From assembly GCA_017962845.1 (NCBI GenBank), contig JAGCUN010000012.1, forward strand, positions 8,175 to 72,174: 64,000 bases of DNA. Reading direction: 5' to 3'. Positions 9,860 to 19,241 of the stretch are shown here, piece after piece. Made by a program: the position numbers and the translations under genes. Source of the DNA: Bacteroidales bacterium. Lineage in GTDB: Bacteria > Bacteroidota > Bacteroidia > Bacteroidales > WCHB1-69. The notes under the pieces were generated by a model, which saw only the letters and a list, made by a program, of their open reading frames with translations, ran no database searches and was not told the origin of the DNA. Within the stretch, counting starts at the first letter, position 1, and the number at the start of each line of letters is the position of its first letter.

Positions 9860-10582
9860 ATATAAGTCGCCAGTAAGTAATTGGTAATCAGATGTGTATT
9901 TTCCTTCTCTATTGCGGATGCATAGTTCTTCTGGAAAAGCGGGTGTGGTGGGATGGAGGGAATAGAGGGCGATGACGCGGTGAATGGGTTTGGCAGGAGT
10001 GGGGTGGATAAGCCATTGCTCGGCAAGATAAAGTTTGCCTTGTGCCGCTTTCTCAAAGTCGGCAAATTCATTGGCGGGAAGAACAAGTCCGAAGCGGCCG
10101 GCTGTCGTAAGCAGCTCAGAAGCGTTTGTCGCCAGCTCGTGGAAGGAAAGTGTGCCGTCGGTGTGGCGCGCCTGCCTCCGCCGCGCATCAGCCGGCTTCA
10201 GCGAACTGACAAAGAAGGGAGGGTTGCTCACGATGAGGTCGTAACGGTGAGCTTCCGCCTGGCGGGCGTGTTCCTGCAGCGATTCGTGGAAGAAGTTGAA
10301 TTTTACCCCCTCTGTGTTCGGGAAACGGGCGGCATTTTCTTGCGCCTCCCGCACCGATGCCTCGTCAGTGTCAATGCCTGTCACCATAATGTTTTTCACT
10401 CCGGCTCGTCGCAACCGGTCTGCCACGCAGAAGCCGATCACCCCGCAGCCACAGCCGATGTCCAGCACAGAATGCACGCCCTGCAACGGCATCAGGGCAG
10501 CCAACAGCACACTGTCGGTGCCGATGCGCTGCGTGCTGGCCTCATGGCAGAGCGCGAAATGCTGGAAGCGGAACGGCTCCAT
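9854..10582 (-). CDS. Class I SAM-dependent methyltransferase, tRNA1(Val) m6A37 (YfiC/TrmN6)-like
   Basis: SAM motif VLDIGCGCGVIG and catalytic LIVSNPPFF (NPPF). Confidence 0.7.
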   Translation of the reverse strand: MEPFRFQHFALCHEASTQRIGTDSVLLAALMPLQGVHSVLDIGCGCGVIGFCVADRLRRAGVKNIMVTGIDTDEASVREAQENAARFPNTEGVKFNFFHESLQEHARQAEAHRYDLIVSNPPFFVSSLKPADARRRQARHTDGTLSFHELATNASELLTTAGRFGLVLPANEFADFEKAAQGKLYLAEQWLIHPTPAKPIHRVIALYSLHPTTPAFPEELCIRNREGKYTSDYQLLTGDLYL

Positions 10583-12456
10583 TACCGAGCAATCACCACC
10601 TTCTGGCTCTGCACCTGCGTTGGGGTGGCGATGCGGAGGATATACGTGCCGTTGGGCAATGAGCTTATGTTCAGTGTGTTCACTCCCTGATGGACAGACA
10701 GCGACTGCACCAGCCGTCCGTTGAGGTCGTACAGCGTAGCCGTGGCCGGCTCCTGGTCGTTGGGTGTGGAGATGAAAACCTGGTCGGATGCCGGGTTGGG
10801 GAAGACCGTATAGATGTTGGCGTGGCTGGTGAACTCCTGCGTGCCCACATGGTATAGGGCGCGCAGAACCGCCTGGTAGGCGTTCACCTTGCCGTGACCG
10901 AAACGCACCATGCCGCGGGCTTCGGTCAGGCTGTCGTGCGTGGCCGAGAAAATCAGCGCCTCTTTCACCTGCTGGGGGGTGAGGGTGGGGTTGGCTTCGA
11001 GCAGTAGCGCCACCACGCCGGTGGTGAACGGCGACGACATGGAAGTGCCTGACAATTTGATAAATCCGTACTCACGTCCCTGGAAGGTGACGGTGGTCAC
11101 AGCAGTGTTGTGCTCGTCGGCATAGCTCGAGTTGGCCGCGCATACTTGATAGCCGGGAGCGGAGATGTCGGGTTTGTCGCGCCCGTCGATGGTGGGCCCG
11201 TAGCTGGAGAAGTTGCAGATGTCGCCCGGACTCCACACGCTGTCGTTCCAGTTTCCGGACTGGTGGGCAGCCACCGTGATGGCACAATCGACGCAGGCGG
11301 GAGTTCCCGTGCCATAATTCTTGTCGCCATATTTCCATCCTAACACATTTACACCCATCCAATTGGCTCCCCAGTTGCCCACGCCGGTTGTCAGTTCGGC
11401 CACATTCCAGGCATGAAATTCACCTTCTGCAGCCACCACTTCTATGCCAAAACGCCAGCTGGTATTGCTGACGGCAGGCTTTTTTACGCATAGGCGCGCC
11501 TCGGGCCGTCCGGCTTCGTCGCTGGCAATCAGTTCAATGTTATAGATGATGGTATCGGTGCCGTTGGTGAGAAAGCCCTCCGTGTAATGGTCGCCGTCGG
11601 CAGTGTTAAAGAACGGCGACGCGTCGATGGTCTGGTACTGGTTGTTGCACCAGTTGAGCCGCACCGAAAAAGGCTTCCCATGACTGTTGGTCATAGAGAG
11701 GGAGGTTCCCCAATAGTAGGGGCTGTTGTTGTCGGGCGGGAACATGAAGCGACTGCGGAGCGTGTCGTTGTTGAAGGTGTGTCCCAGATGGAAATTCTCG
11801 TCTCCGTTGTTGCCGCCGCTGGTCACAAACACCACGCCCAAGTCACTCAATTCCTGCATTTTCTGTCCCACCGGACCGGTGCCGTCGAAGTTGTCCATCC
11901 AATAGAGTCCCCAGCTCATATTCACCACAAGGCGTTTCTGCTCCTGCTGGGCCACTTGGTACATCCACTCGAAAGCGTCCACCACCGACTGCTCGTCGGG
12001 ACGGAAGGAGGCGAAGATGAACTCGGCATCGGGAGCCACGCCACGATAGATGGTGCCTGCCCCGCTGCCACCCGCAATGGAGGCGACGTGCGTGCCATGG
12101 TAGTGGTGGCCGTAGATGTTGGAGGTGTCGCATTCAGCAGCTAACAGCAGCTCGCGTCCCACCAGCTCGGTGCCATAGTCGAAGCCGGCCGGTGCAGGAC
12201 CCGCATTGCGAAACTGATCCCACGCCCGCAAGATGCGATACTGCGTGCCCGTGGTGTCGTAAAAAACCGGATGCGTGTAGTCGAAACCCCAGTCGGTGAC
12301 CCCTATGATAACCCCACGCCCCGTGTAGGCATCCGGCAGGTCGATGCCGGCATACACACTGTCCACATGTCCGTCCTGACGGGCACGGTACAAATCCTGT
12401 GCAGAGAGGGATAATACGAATGCAGTGAAAATGACAAAAAAATGCAGATGCTTCAT
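10582..12456 (-). CDS. S8 (subtilisin-like) serine peptidase with T9SS C-terminal sorting domain
   Basis: Signal peptide. Triad contexts GVTDWGFD, HGTHVASIAGG, SGTSMSSP. CTD FPNPASDQVFIS...KVVIAR. The stop overlaps the downstream start by 1 nt. Confidence 0.85.
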   Translation of the reverse strand: MKHLHFFVIFTAFVLSLSAQDLYRARQDGHVDSVYAGIDLPDAYTGRGVIIGVTDWGFDYTHPVFYDTTGTQYRILRAWDQFRNAGPAPAGFDYGTELVGRELLLAAECDTSNIYGHHYHGTHVASIAGGSGAGTIYRGVAPDAEFIFASFRPDEQSVVDAFEWMYQVAQQEQKRLVVNMSWGLYWMDNFDGTGPVGQKMQELSDLGVVFVTSGGNNGDENFHLGHTFNNDTLRSRFMFPPDNNSPYYWGTSLSMTNSHGKPFSVRLNWCNNQYQTIDASPFFNTADGDHYTEGFLTNGTDTIIYNIELIASDEAGRPEARLCVKKPAVSNTSWRFGIEVVAAEGEFHAWNVAELTTGVGNWGANWMGVNVLGWKYGDKNYGTGTPACVDCAITVAAHQSGNWNDSVWSPGDICNFSSYGPTIDGRDKPDISAPGYQVCAANSSYADEHNTAVTTVTFQGREYGFIKLSGTSMSSPFTTGVVALLLEANPTLTPQQVKEALIFSATHDSLTEARGMVRFGHGKVNAYQAVLRALYHVGTQEFTSHANIYTVFPNPASDQVFISTPNDQEPATATLYDLNGRLVQSLSVHQGVNTLNISSLPNGTYILRIATPTQVQSQKVVIAR

Positions 12457-12679
12457 GATGATTTTGTGAATTTAAACTCGTTTTTTTGTTCTGCAAAAAT
12501 ACAAATTTTATTATCATTTTTTCTTGATAGGCAACATTTTTAATGAAAATCAGTTATTAATAATAGTGATGCGTAAAAATTTTTTCAAAATTTTGTAACA
12601 TTGGTCTATAACATGCGTAAGAGACAAGTGAACAACAAAAGGAGAGATCCTTTACGTATCATTAAAGGTTAATGGTTAT

Positions 12680-12711
12680 CAACGGCGATGTGATATCGCC
12701 GTTGTTTTTTT
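12680..12711 (+). terminator. Intrinsic terminator with no annotated upstream plus-strand gene
   Basis: Perfect 10-bp stem CAACGGCGAT/ATCGCCGTTG, 5-nt loop, then T7. Confidence 0.7.
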
Positions 12712-12714
12712 GTG

Positions 12715-12722
12715 TATCTTTG
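12715..12722 (+). promoter_or_regulatory. -7 promoter box TATCTTTG for thiL-phoH
   Basis: Exact TAnnTTTG, 36 nt upstream of the thiL ATG. Confidence 0.5.
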
Positions 12723-12757
12723 CAAACTGAAATTCATTATTATAGAATACTGATAAT

Positions 12758-13798
12758 ATGGCAGATAACGAAATCAGAAACGAGATTTCCCAGCTGGGCA
12801 AGTACAACCTCATCCACCATCTTACCGAAGAGGTGAAGAGTGCCAACGAATCGACGGTGGCCGGCATCGGCGACGATGCGGCCGCCACCCGCTCCGGCGG
12901 CCTCCTCACGGTGACCGCCAACAAACTTTTTGTGGAGCACATCCATTTCGACCTCTCCTATTTCCCCCTCAAGCATCTGGGGTTCAAGTGCGTCACCATC
13001 GCGGTCACCGACATCCTGGCGATGAACGCCATGCCCCATCAGGTGATGCTCAACCTGGCCGTCTCCAACCGCTTCTCCATCGAGGCCGTTGAGGAGTTTA
13101 TGACGGGTGTGCGCGCCTGCTGCCACTACTATCACCTCGACATCGCCGGGCTCGACATCACCTCGTCGGCCACGGGACTGGCCGTCAGCGTCACCGCTAT
13201 CGGACAGGTGGAGGCCGACCGCCTCGTGCGTCGCACCGGCGCGGCAGAGAACGAGCTGATATGCGCCACCGGCGATTTCGGTGCCGCCTACACCGGTCTG
13301 CTGCTGCTGCAGCGCGAGAAACAGATCTTCGAGGCCACCCAGGTGAGCCAGCCCCATTTCGAGGGCTACGAGTACCTCCTCGAACGGCAGCTCAAACCCG
13401 AGCCGCGCACCGACATCATCGAGACCCTCCGCCAGCTCAACGTGGTGCCCACCGCCATGACCGCCGTCACCGAAGGCATCGCCTCCGCACTGTTCCTGCT
13501 CTGTCAGCACGACAGTCTCGGCTGCACCATCTACGAGAATAAGATTCCGCTCGCCCAGCTCACCTTCGACACGCTGCGGCAACTCAAGATTGTGGCCACC
13601 ACCGTCGCCCTCAACGGCGGCGAGGACTACGAGCTTCTTTTCACCATCCAACAAAAAGACTACGAAGCCATCAAGGGAAAGAGCGAAATCGCCGTCATCG
13701 GTCACATCGACCGGAAAGATTCGGGGCGCAACCTCATCACCAACGACAATAAGCAAATTGAGCTGAAGGCTCAGGGCTTCATCGAAAAAGAACAATAA
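12758..13798 (+). CDS. thiL: Thiamine-monophosphate kinase
   Basis: AIR-synthase-like fold with a GIGDDAA motif and typical ThiL length. Confidence 0.8.
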   Translation: MADNEIRNEISQLGKYNLIHHLTEEVKSANESTVAGIGDDAAATRSGGLLTVTANKLFVEHIHFDLSYFPLKHLGFKCVTIAVTDILAMNAMPHQVMLNLAVSNRFSIEAVEEFMTGVRACCHYYHLDIAGLDITSSATGLAVSVTAIGQVEADRLVRRTGAAENELICATGDFGAAYTGLLLLQREKQIFEATQVSQPHFEGYEYLLERQLKPEPRTDIIETLRQLNVVPTAMTAVTEGIASALFLLCQHDSLGCTIYENKIPLAQLTFDTLRQLKIVATTVALNGGEDYELLFTIQQKDYEAIKGKSEIAVIGHIDRKDSGRNLITNDNKQIELKAQGFIEKEQ

Positions 13799-13801
13799 AC
13801 C

Positions 13802-14776
13802 ATGGAGAAAATAATCGTCATCGAACCGCACCTCGCCGTCGGCATCTACGGGAAGAACAACCGCAACATCGACCTGCTCCGCAACATCTATCCCACCCTC
13901 AAGCTCACCGCCCGTGGCAACGAGTTGAAGGTGAACGGTACCGACGAGGAGGTGGCCACCTTCGAGTCGCGCTTCGAGCTGCTCACCGCCTTCTACGACC
14001 ATTTCGAACGCCTCACCGAGACCGACATCCTGAACATCACCGCCAACGAGGACGAGCATTTCTTCCTTCTCGACAAGGAGCAGAACGGCTCTGATGTGAT
14101 TCTGCACGGCAGGGAAGGGAAGGTCATCAAGGCGCTCACGCCCAACCAGAAAAAGCTGGTGAAGAGTCTGGAGCACAACGACATGATTTTCGCCATCGGG
14201 CCGGCAGGCACCGGCAAGACCTACACAGCGGTGGCCCTCGCCGTGCGGGCGCTGAAAAACAAGCAGGTGAAGCGCATCATCCTGACCCGTCCGGCGGTGG
14301 AGGCCGGTGAGAACCTCGGCTTCCTGCCCGGCGACATGCGCGACAAACTCGATCCTTACCTCCAGCCCCTCTACGACGCCCTCCGCGATATGATGCCGAT
14401 GGCCAAACTCGTCGCCTACCTCGAGGATAAGACCATCGAGATCGCGCCACTCGCCTTCATGCGCGGCCGTACCCTCGACAATGCTTACGTCATCCTCGAC
14501 GAGGCACAGAACGCCACCGAGAGCCAGCTCAAGATGTTCCTTACCCGTATGGGCAAAAACGCCAAGTTCTTCATCACCGGCGACATCACCCAGATCGACC
14601 TGCCCCGCCACCAGCACTCCGGCCTCGTGCAGGCACAGCACATCTTGCGCGACATCAAAGGCATCGAGTTCATCATCCTCGACAACTCGGATGTGGTGCG
14701 CCACCATCTCGTCACCAAAATTATCCAGCGGTACGAGAACTGGGAGGCGGAAAAGAAAGGAAACACAGAGGCTTAA
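13802..14776 (+). CDS. phoH: PhoH family ATPase
   Basis: Walker A GPAGTGKTY, Walker B ILDEAQN, GDITQIDLP motif. Confidence 0.9.
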   Translation: MEKIIVIEPHLAVGIYGKNNRNIDLLRNIYPTLKLTARGNELKVNGTDEEVATFESRFELLTAFYDHFERLTETDILNITANEDEHFFLLDKEQNGSDVILHGREGKVIKALTPNQKKLVKSLEHNDMIFAIGPAGTGKTYTAVALAVRALKNKQVKRIILTRPAVEAGENLGFLPGDMRDKLDPYLQPLYDALRDMMPMAKLVAYLEDKTIEIAPLAFMRGRTLDNAYVILDEAQNATESQLKMFLTRMGKNAKFFITGDITQIDLPRHQHSGLVQAQHILRDIKGIEFIILDNSDVVRHHLVTKIIQRYENWEAEKKGNTEA

Positions 14777-14803
14777 TTCGTTTTTCTTGCAAAATTATTA
14801 TAG

Positions 14804-17134
14804 ATGAAAAAAGTATTCTTATTTTTGGTTAATATATTGATAATCAATATATATGCTTGGGCGTGTGATACCACGAAAATCGACCGTGCGAACTGGCAGA
14901 TTATCTATGTGGATAGTGAGGAACTGACAGGGGAGGGGGCCGACAACGGTCATGCTATCCACTGTCTGGATGGCGATTCCACCACCTTTTGGCATACCCA
15001 ATGGCAGAATACGGTTCATCATTATCCGCACGAAATATGGATTGACTTGGGCGAGACGCACAATATCAACGGTTTCAGCTGCCTGACGCGGGGCAACAAC
15101 ACCCGTAACGGCCGCATCAACCAGTTCGAGTTCTATATCACCTCCGACACGGCCGACTGGGGCGCGCCGCAGAGCATGGGCTATCTCGTTTACCCGCAGC
15201 CCAACAGCGGTATGCAGCAGACCGCCGAGGTCTATTTCGGCGCCGTGGAAGGTCGCTATGTGCGGTTGGTCGGTCTCAGCAGTGTGGCCGGCGACAACTA
15301 TGCGATGATTGCCGAGCTGAATGTGTATGAAGATACCGCCTGCACGCCCACCGGAATGCAGAACCAGGTGATTTACACCACGCCTATCGAACGACAACTC
15401 TCCACCAATCCGCCTATCGTGGTGAGTGCCACTGCTTCGTCAGGGTTGCCATTACAATATAATATAGTAGATGGCCCCGCTACCGTGTCCGATAGCATCG
15501 TCACCCTTACGGGCGAGGGCGGCATCGTTACGGTGCGTATCTCGCAGGAAGGCGACTCCGCTTTCTACCCGGCGGAAACGACGCTTTCGTTCGAGGTCAT
15601 CAACCTCAACGATTATTCTCCTGAAATCCGTCCCAACATCACGGCTATGTATCCGTTGGAGATGCCCCGACTGATGCCTTACCTGCTGCACACCACTACC
15701 TCGATTGCTGAGTCGCAGTACCTTACGGTGGATGCGGTTACTTATTCGATTGATGGGGAGAATTTTGCTGGTGTGAAAGAGGGCAATGATTTCGCCTTCT
15801 GGTGGACGCCTAATGCGTATGGAACCGTTCCCGTCACCATCACCGCTACGGCCTCCAACGGCAACACCACCTCCGAGACCATCTTGGTGGAGGTGACCGA
15901 CCAGATTGCCGACCAGATTGTCACCACGCTCGACAGTGCCATCATCGACTACGGCAACTTGGGCATCCGCACCTATACGGGCACTTACACGCTGCCGCAG
16001 TTTGCCGCCGCCTATAACCAAATCACGGCATACCTGAATGTGACGTGTCCGCCGCTGAGTGGCGGTTGCGACGACTGGGACCGATTGGCCTACGTGCAGG
16101 TGAAGGACCCGAGCGGCAAGTGGGTGGAGATTTTGCGCTACATCACGCCTTACGGCAAAGCCTGCAGCCACTATGTGGATGTAACCGATTTTGCCTCCCT
16201 CCTGCAGGGCGATGTGGATATTCGCATGTTCATCGACACGTGGGGCACTGGCGGCTGGCAGATCCGGCTGGACTTTGAGTACATCGCCGGTGAGCCGGAA
16301 TATGACTATACTGACGTGGAGGAATTGTGGCAGGGTTCGTACAACTTTGGCGATCCCGCCAACCTGCAGCCGCTGGACACGGTGACGGTGGGCATCTTCC
16401 ACGAAGCCCGCGAGGCTCATATCCGGCTGACGACCACCGGTCACGGTTGGGGTGACAACAACACTGGCAATGCCGCCGAGTTCTACCATGCTGTACATCA
16501 TCTACAGGTCAACGGCGAGGATGCCTTTGAGCAGGACTTATGGACCGACTGTTATCCGAATCCCGACGGGTGCAACAACCAGAGCGGCACCTACAAGTAC
16601 GATCGCGCCGGATGGTGCCCAGGCTCCATCTCACGTCCTTACATCTATGACATCAGCTCCTATCTGTGGCAGACGCCTTTCCAGCTCTCCTACATCTTCC
16701 AGCCTTCGTATATGGATGAGTGCCACCCGCACAATCCCGACTGCGTGACGGGCGTTACCTGCTCCGACTGCAACGCCGGTTCCAACCCCTTCTACCGCGT
16801 TTCATGTTACCTCATTCGCAGCACCAACACGCCGCGAGTTTTGGGTAATCATGATTATAATGCTCCGCAAATTGTTGAAAATGAATATGTTTTCACCGCA
16901 TATCCGAATCCTTGTACTCAGAAATTCCGTCTGAATTTCAATACCGAAATCAACGAGCGGTTTGTGTGTACGTTGGTGAATGGGGGAGGGGAGAGCCTTC
17001 GTACCTATTTCTTTAATAGCAGTCGTGAGGCCGAACAATATCTGTTCGATGTCTCCTTCCTGAGCAAAGGCATTTATTTTCTGAATATCTATACAAAATA
17101 CCAGTCTGGCGTTCAGAAGATTATCGTACAATAA
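14804..17134 (+). CDS. Secreted F5/8 type C (discoidin) + PNGase F-like domain protein with T9SS CTD
   Basis: N-terminal discoidin region (HCLDGDSTTFWHTQW). PNGase-F-like C-terminal region (GGCDDWDRLAYV, ITPYG, GWCPGS). CTD YPNPCTQKF...KIIVQ. Confidence 0.7.
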   Translation: MKKVFLFLVNILIINIYAWACDTTKIDRANWQIIYVDSEELTGEGADNGHAIHCLDGDSTTFWHTQWQNTVHHYPHEIWIDLGETHNINGFSCLTRGNNTRNGRINQFEFYITSDTADWGAPQSMGYLVYPQPNSGMQQTAEVYFGAVEGRYVRLVGLSSVAGDNYAMIAELNVYEDTACTPTGMQNQVIYTTPIERQLSTNPPIVVSATASSGLPLQYNIVDGPATVSDSIVTLTGEGGIVTVRISQEGDSAFYPAETTLSFEVINLNDYSPEIRPNITAMYPLEMPRLMPYLLHTTTSIAESQYLTVDAVTYSIDGENFAGVKEGNDFAFWWTPNAYGTVPVTITATASNGNTTSETILVEVTDQIADQIVTTLDSAIIDYGNLGIRTYTGTYTLPQFAAAYNQITAYLNVTCPPLSGGCDDWDRLAYVQVKDPSGKWVEILRYITPYGKACSHYVDVTDFASLLQGDVDIRMFIDTWGTGGWQIRLDFEYIAGEPEYDYTDVEELWQGSYNFGDPANLQPLDTVTVGIFHEAREAHIRLTTTGHGWGDNNTGNAAEFYHAVHHLQVNGEDAFEQDLWTDCYPNPDGCNNQSGTYKYDRAGWCPGSISRPYIYDISSYLWQTPFQLSYIFQPSYMDECHPHNPDCVTGVTCSDCNAGSNPFYRVSCYLIRSTNTPRVLGNHDYNAPQIVENEYVFTAYPNPCTQKFRLNFNTEINERFVCTLVNGGGESLRTYFFNSSREAEQYLFDVSFLSKGIYFLNIYTKYQSGVQKIIVQ

Positions 17135-17140
17135 CGATTT

Positions 17141-17168
17141 GTAGAGACGCGATGCATCACGTCTCTAC
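17141..17168. repeat. GC-rich palindromic element GTAGAGACG-N10-CGTCTCTAC
   Basis: 9-bp arms. The same arms recur at 27529-27556. Confidence 0.8.
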
Positions 17169-17253
17169 ATGCCAATTTATCCCTTTTTTTAATGGGTAAA
17201 AATTTTGTGGAAAAATATTTTTTTCAAAATAATAAAGCGAAAAGAATTTTTTG

Positions 17254-17261
17254 TACTTTTG
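17254..17261 (+). promoter_or_regulatory. -7 promoter box TACTTTTG for the rplM operon
   Basis: Exact TAnnTTTG. The same ATTTTTTGTACTTTTGCCG context recurs at 32932-32950. Confidence 0.5.
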
Positions 17262-17351
17262 CCGCCCGAAAATCCGATTATTATCTAACGATAAACAAAT
17301 TAAGAACCGGGGCGTATGGGTGAAGATGCGCTCCAAAACAAAAGATTGAAA

Positions 17352-17807
17352 ATGAACACATTAAGTTACAGAACGATTCCTGCCAGCGAGAAAATCGTGA
17401 AAAAGGAATGGGTTGTCATCGATGCAGAAAATGCAGTTGTCGGCCGCCTTTCCACCGTCGTCGCCCGCATCCTTCGCGGTAAGACGAAGACTTATTATTC
17501 ACCTCATTTCGATTGCGGTGACAATGTCATCATCATCAATGCCGAAAAAGTGAGATTCACCGGCAAGAAGATGACCGACAAGGTTTACACCCACCATACC
17601 GGCTATCCGGGCGGTCAGCGTCATCAGTCTCCCCGTGAGATGTTCAACCGCAACCCCATCCGCGTTGTTGAACACGCTGTTAGAGGCATGCTCCCGAAGA
17701 ACAGACTCGGCGACAAGCTCTATCGCAACCTGTATGTTTATGCAGGCCCCAACCACCCGCACGAAGGTCAGCAACCCAAATTGATTAACATTAACGATAT
17801 TAAATAG
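17352..17807 (+). CDS. rplM: 50S ribosomal protein L13
   Basis: KKEWVVIDAENAVVGRLST..., a canonical L13 sequence. ATG at 17352 is preferred over the upstream start. Confidence 0.95.
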   Translation: MNTLSYRTIPASEKIVKKEWVVIDAENAVVGRLSTVVARILRGKTKTYYSPHFDCGDNVIIINAEKVRFTGKKMTDKVYTHHTGYPGGQRHQSPREMFNRNPIRVVEHAVRGMLPKNRLGDKLYRNLYVYAGPNHPHEGQQPKLININDIK

Positions 17808-17812
17808 CAAAA

Positions 17813-18199
17813 ATGGAAGTCACTAATACAATCGGAAGAAGAAAAACCGCCGTCGCCAGAATCTACATGCAGAAAGGCAGCGGCCAGATTACCATTAACA
17901 AGCGCGATTACAAAGAGTATTTCCCGCTCGGCACCCTCCAGTATGTCGTCACCCAGCCCCTCCAGATCACCGATCTTATGGGCCAGTATGACATCAAGGT
18001 GAACCTTGACGGCGGTGGCATGTCCGGCCAGGCCGAAGCCCTCCGTCTCGCTATCTCCCGCGCCATCTGCGAGCTGTACCCCGATTTCCGCCCCACCCTC
18101 AAATCCAAGGGCCTCCTCAAACGTGACCCCCGTATGGTGGAAAGAAAGAAACCTGGTCAACCCAAAGCACGTAAGAGATTCCAGTTCAGCAAACGTTAA
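17813..18199 (+). CDS. rpsI: 30S ribosomal protein S9
   Basis: GRRKTAVARIY...KARKRFQFSKR, a canonical S9 sequence. Confidence 0.95.
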   Translation: MEVTNTIGRRKTAVARIYMQKGSGQITINKRDYKEYFPLGTLQYVVTQPLQITDLMGQYDIKVNLDGGGMSGQAEALRLAISRAICELYPDFRPTLKSKGLLKRDPRMVERKKPGQPKARKRFQFSKR

Positions 18200-18307
18200 T
18201 CATCGGATTACAAATTTATTATTAATAACCAGTTTAGTATCGAAACTGCTGAGACTTCGTCACGAACTACCCAGCAGTTGATTAATGAACGTAAACAAAT
18301 TAAAAAA

Positions 18308-19213
18308 ATGGCACAAGTAACATTTGAACAACTTCTGGACGCCGGCTGTCACTTTGGACACCTGAGAAGAAAATGGAACCCCCACATGGCTCCCTACATC
18401 TTCATGGAAAAGAACGGCATCCACATCATCGACCTTCACAAAACCACCGAGAAATTGGACGAGGCTTGCGCAGCTGCCAAGCAGATCGCCAAGTCGGGCC
18501 GCAAAATCCTCTTCGTCGCTACCAAAAAGCAGGCGAAAGACACTGTGGCTGAGCTCGTAAAGACGGTTGGCATGCCTTACGTTACCGAGCGCTGGCCCGG
18601 CGGTATGCTCACCAACTTCTTCACCATCCGGAAGGCCGTCAAGAAAATGGGTGACATCGACAAGCTGATGGAAAGCCCCCAGTTCGAGAAAATCTCCAAG
18701 AGAGAGAAATTGCAGATCCAGCGTGAGCGCGCCAAACTCGACAAGAACCTCGGTTCTATCGCCGACCTCTCCCGTCTGCCCGCTGCAGTTTTCATCGTGG
18801 ATATCCTGAAAGAGCACATCGCCGTTGCTGAGGCTCACCGTCTCAACATCCCCACGCTCGCTATCGTGGATACCAACTCCGACCCGAACCTCGTGGACTT
18901 CCCCATCCCCGCCAACGACGACGCCTCCAAGTCCATCTCCGTTATCGTGAAGGCCGTTTGCGACGCCATCGCTGAAGGTCTTGCCGAGCGTAAGATCGAC
19001 AAAGACAACGCCGCCAATGACGATATGGATGAAGAGACCGCCGAATTCACCGATGAAGCCAACTACGACGATGACGAGAAACGCGAGGGCAGAACCCGCG
19101 ACGGCGTCAGAAAAGTAAAGGATGTGGCTGAAGAGGGTGAAGATGGTCAGCGCAAAAAACGCCCCACCATCAAGAGAGGTCCCGTGAAAGCCGGTAGCAC
19201 CAAGAAAAACTAA
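18308..19213 (+). CDS. rpsB: 30S ribosomal protein S2 with charged C-terminal extension
   Basis: LLDAGCHFGH motif. ATG at 18308. Acidic/lysine-rich tail of about 60 aa. Confidence 0.95.
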   Translation: MAQVTFEQLLDAGCHFGHLRRKWNPHMAPYIFMEKNGIHIIDLHKTTEKLDEACAAAKQIAKSGRKILFVATKKQAKDTVAELVKTVGMPYVTERWPGGMLTNFFTIRKAVKKMGDIDKLMESPQFEKISKREKLQIQRERAKLDKNLGSIADLSRLPAAVFIVDILKEHIAVAEAHRLNIPTLAIVDTNSDPNLVDFPIPANDDASKSISVIVKAVCDAIAEGLAERKIDKDNAANDDMDEETAEFTDEANYDDDEKREGRTRDGVRKVKDVAEEGEDGQRKKRPTIKRGPVKAGSTKKN

Positions 19214-19241
19214 TTTTGTTTAACCATTAAAAATCAATAAT

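Noticed and set aside
12457-12757. Possible TPP riboswitch upstream of thiL
   Set aside because: No CTGAGA / ACCTGATCTGGATAATGCCAGCG-type conserved TPP aptamer elements are visible. The -7 box is only 36 nt from the ATG, which leaves no room for an aptamer.
12740-14707. 655-aa minus-strand ORF spanning thiL and phoH
   Set aside because: It is an antisense shadow of two well-supported plus-strand genes in GC3-rich DNA. Its composition is low-complexity G/V/E/D/H/L-rich, with no promoter or recognisable motif.
17316-17351. Extended starts for rplM (17316) and rpsB (18278)
   Set aside because: The extensions (MGEDALQNKRLK and MINERKQIKK) are not part of the conserved L13 or S2 N-termini. The internal ATGs at 17352 and 18308 give canonical N-termini.
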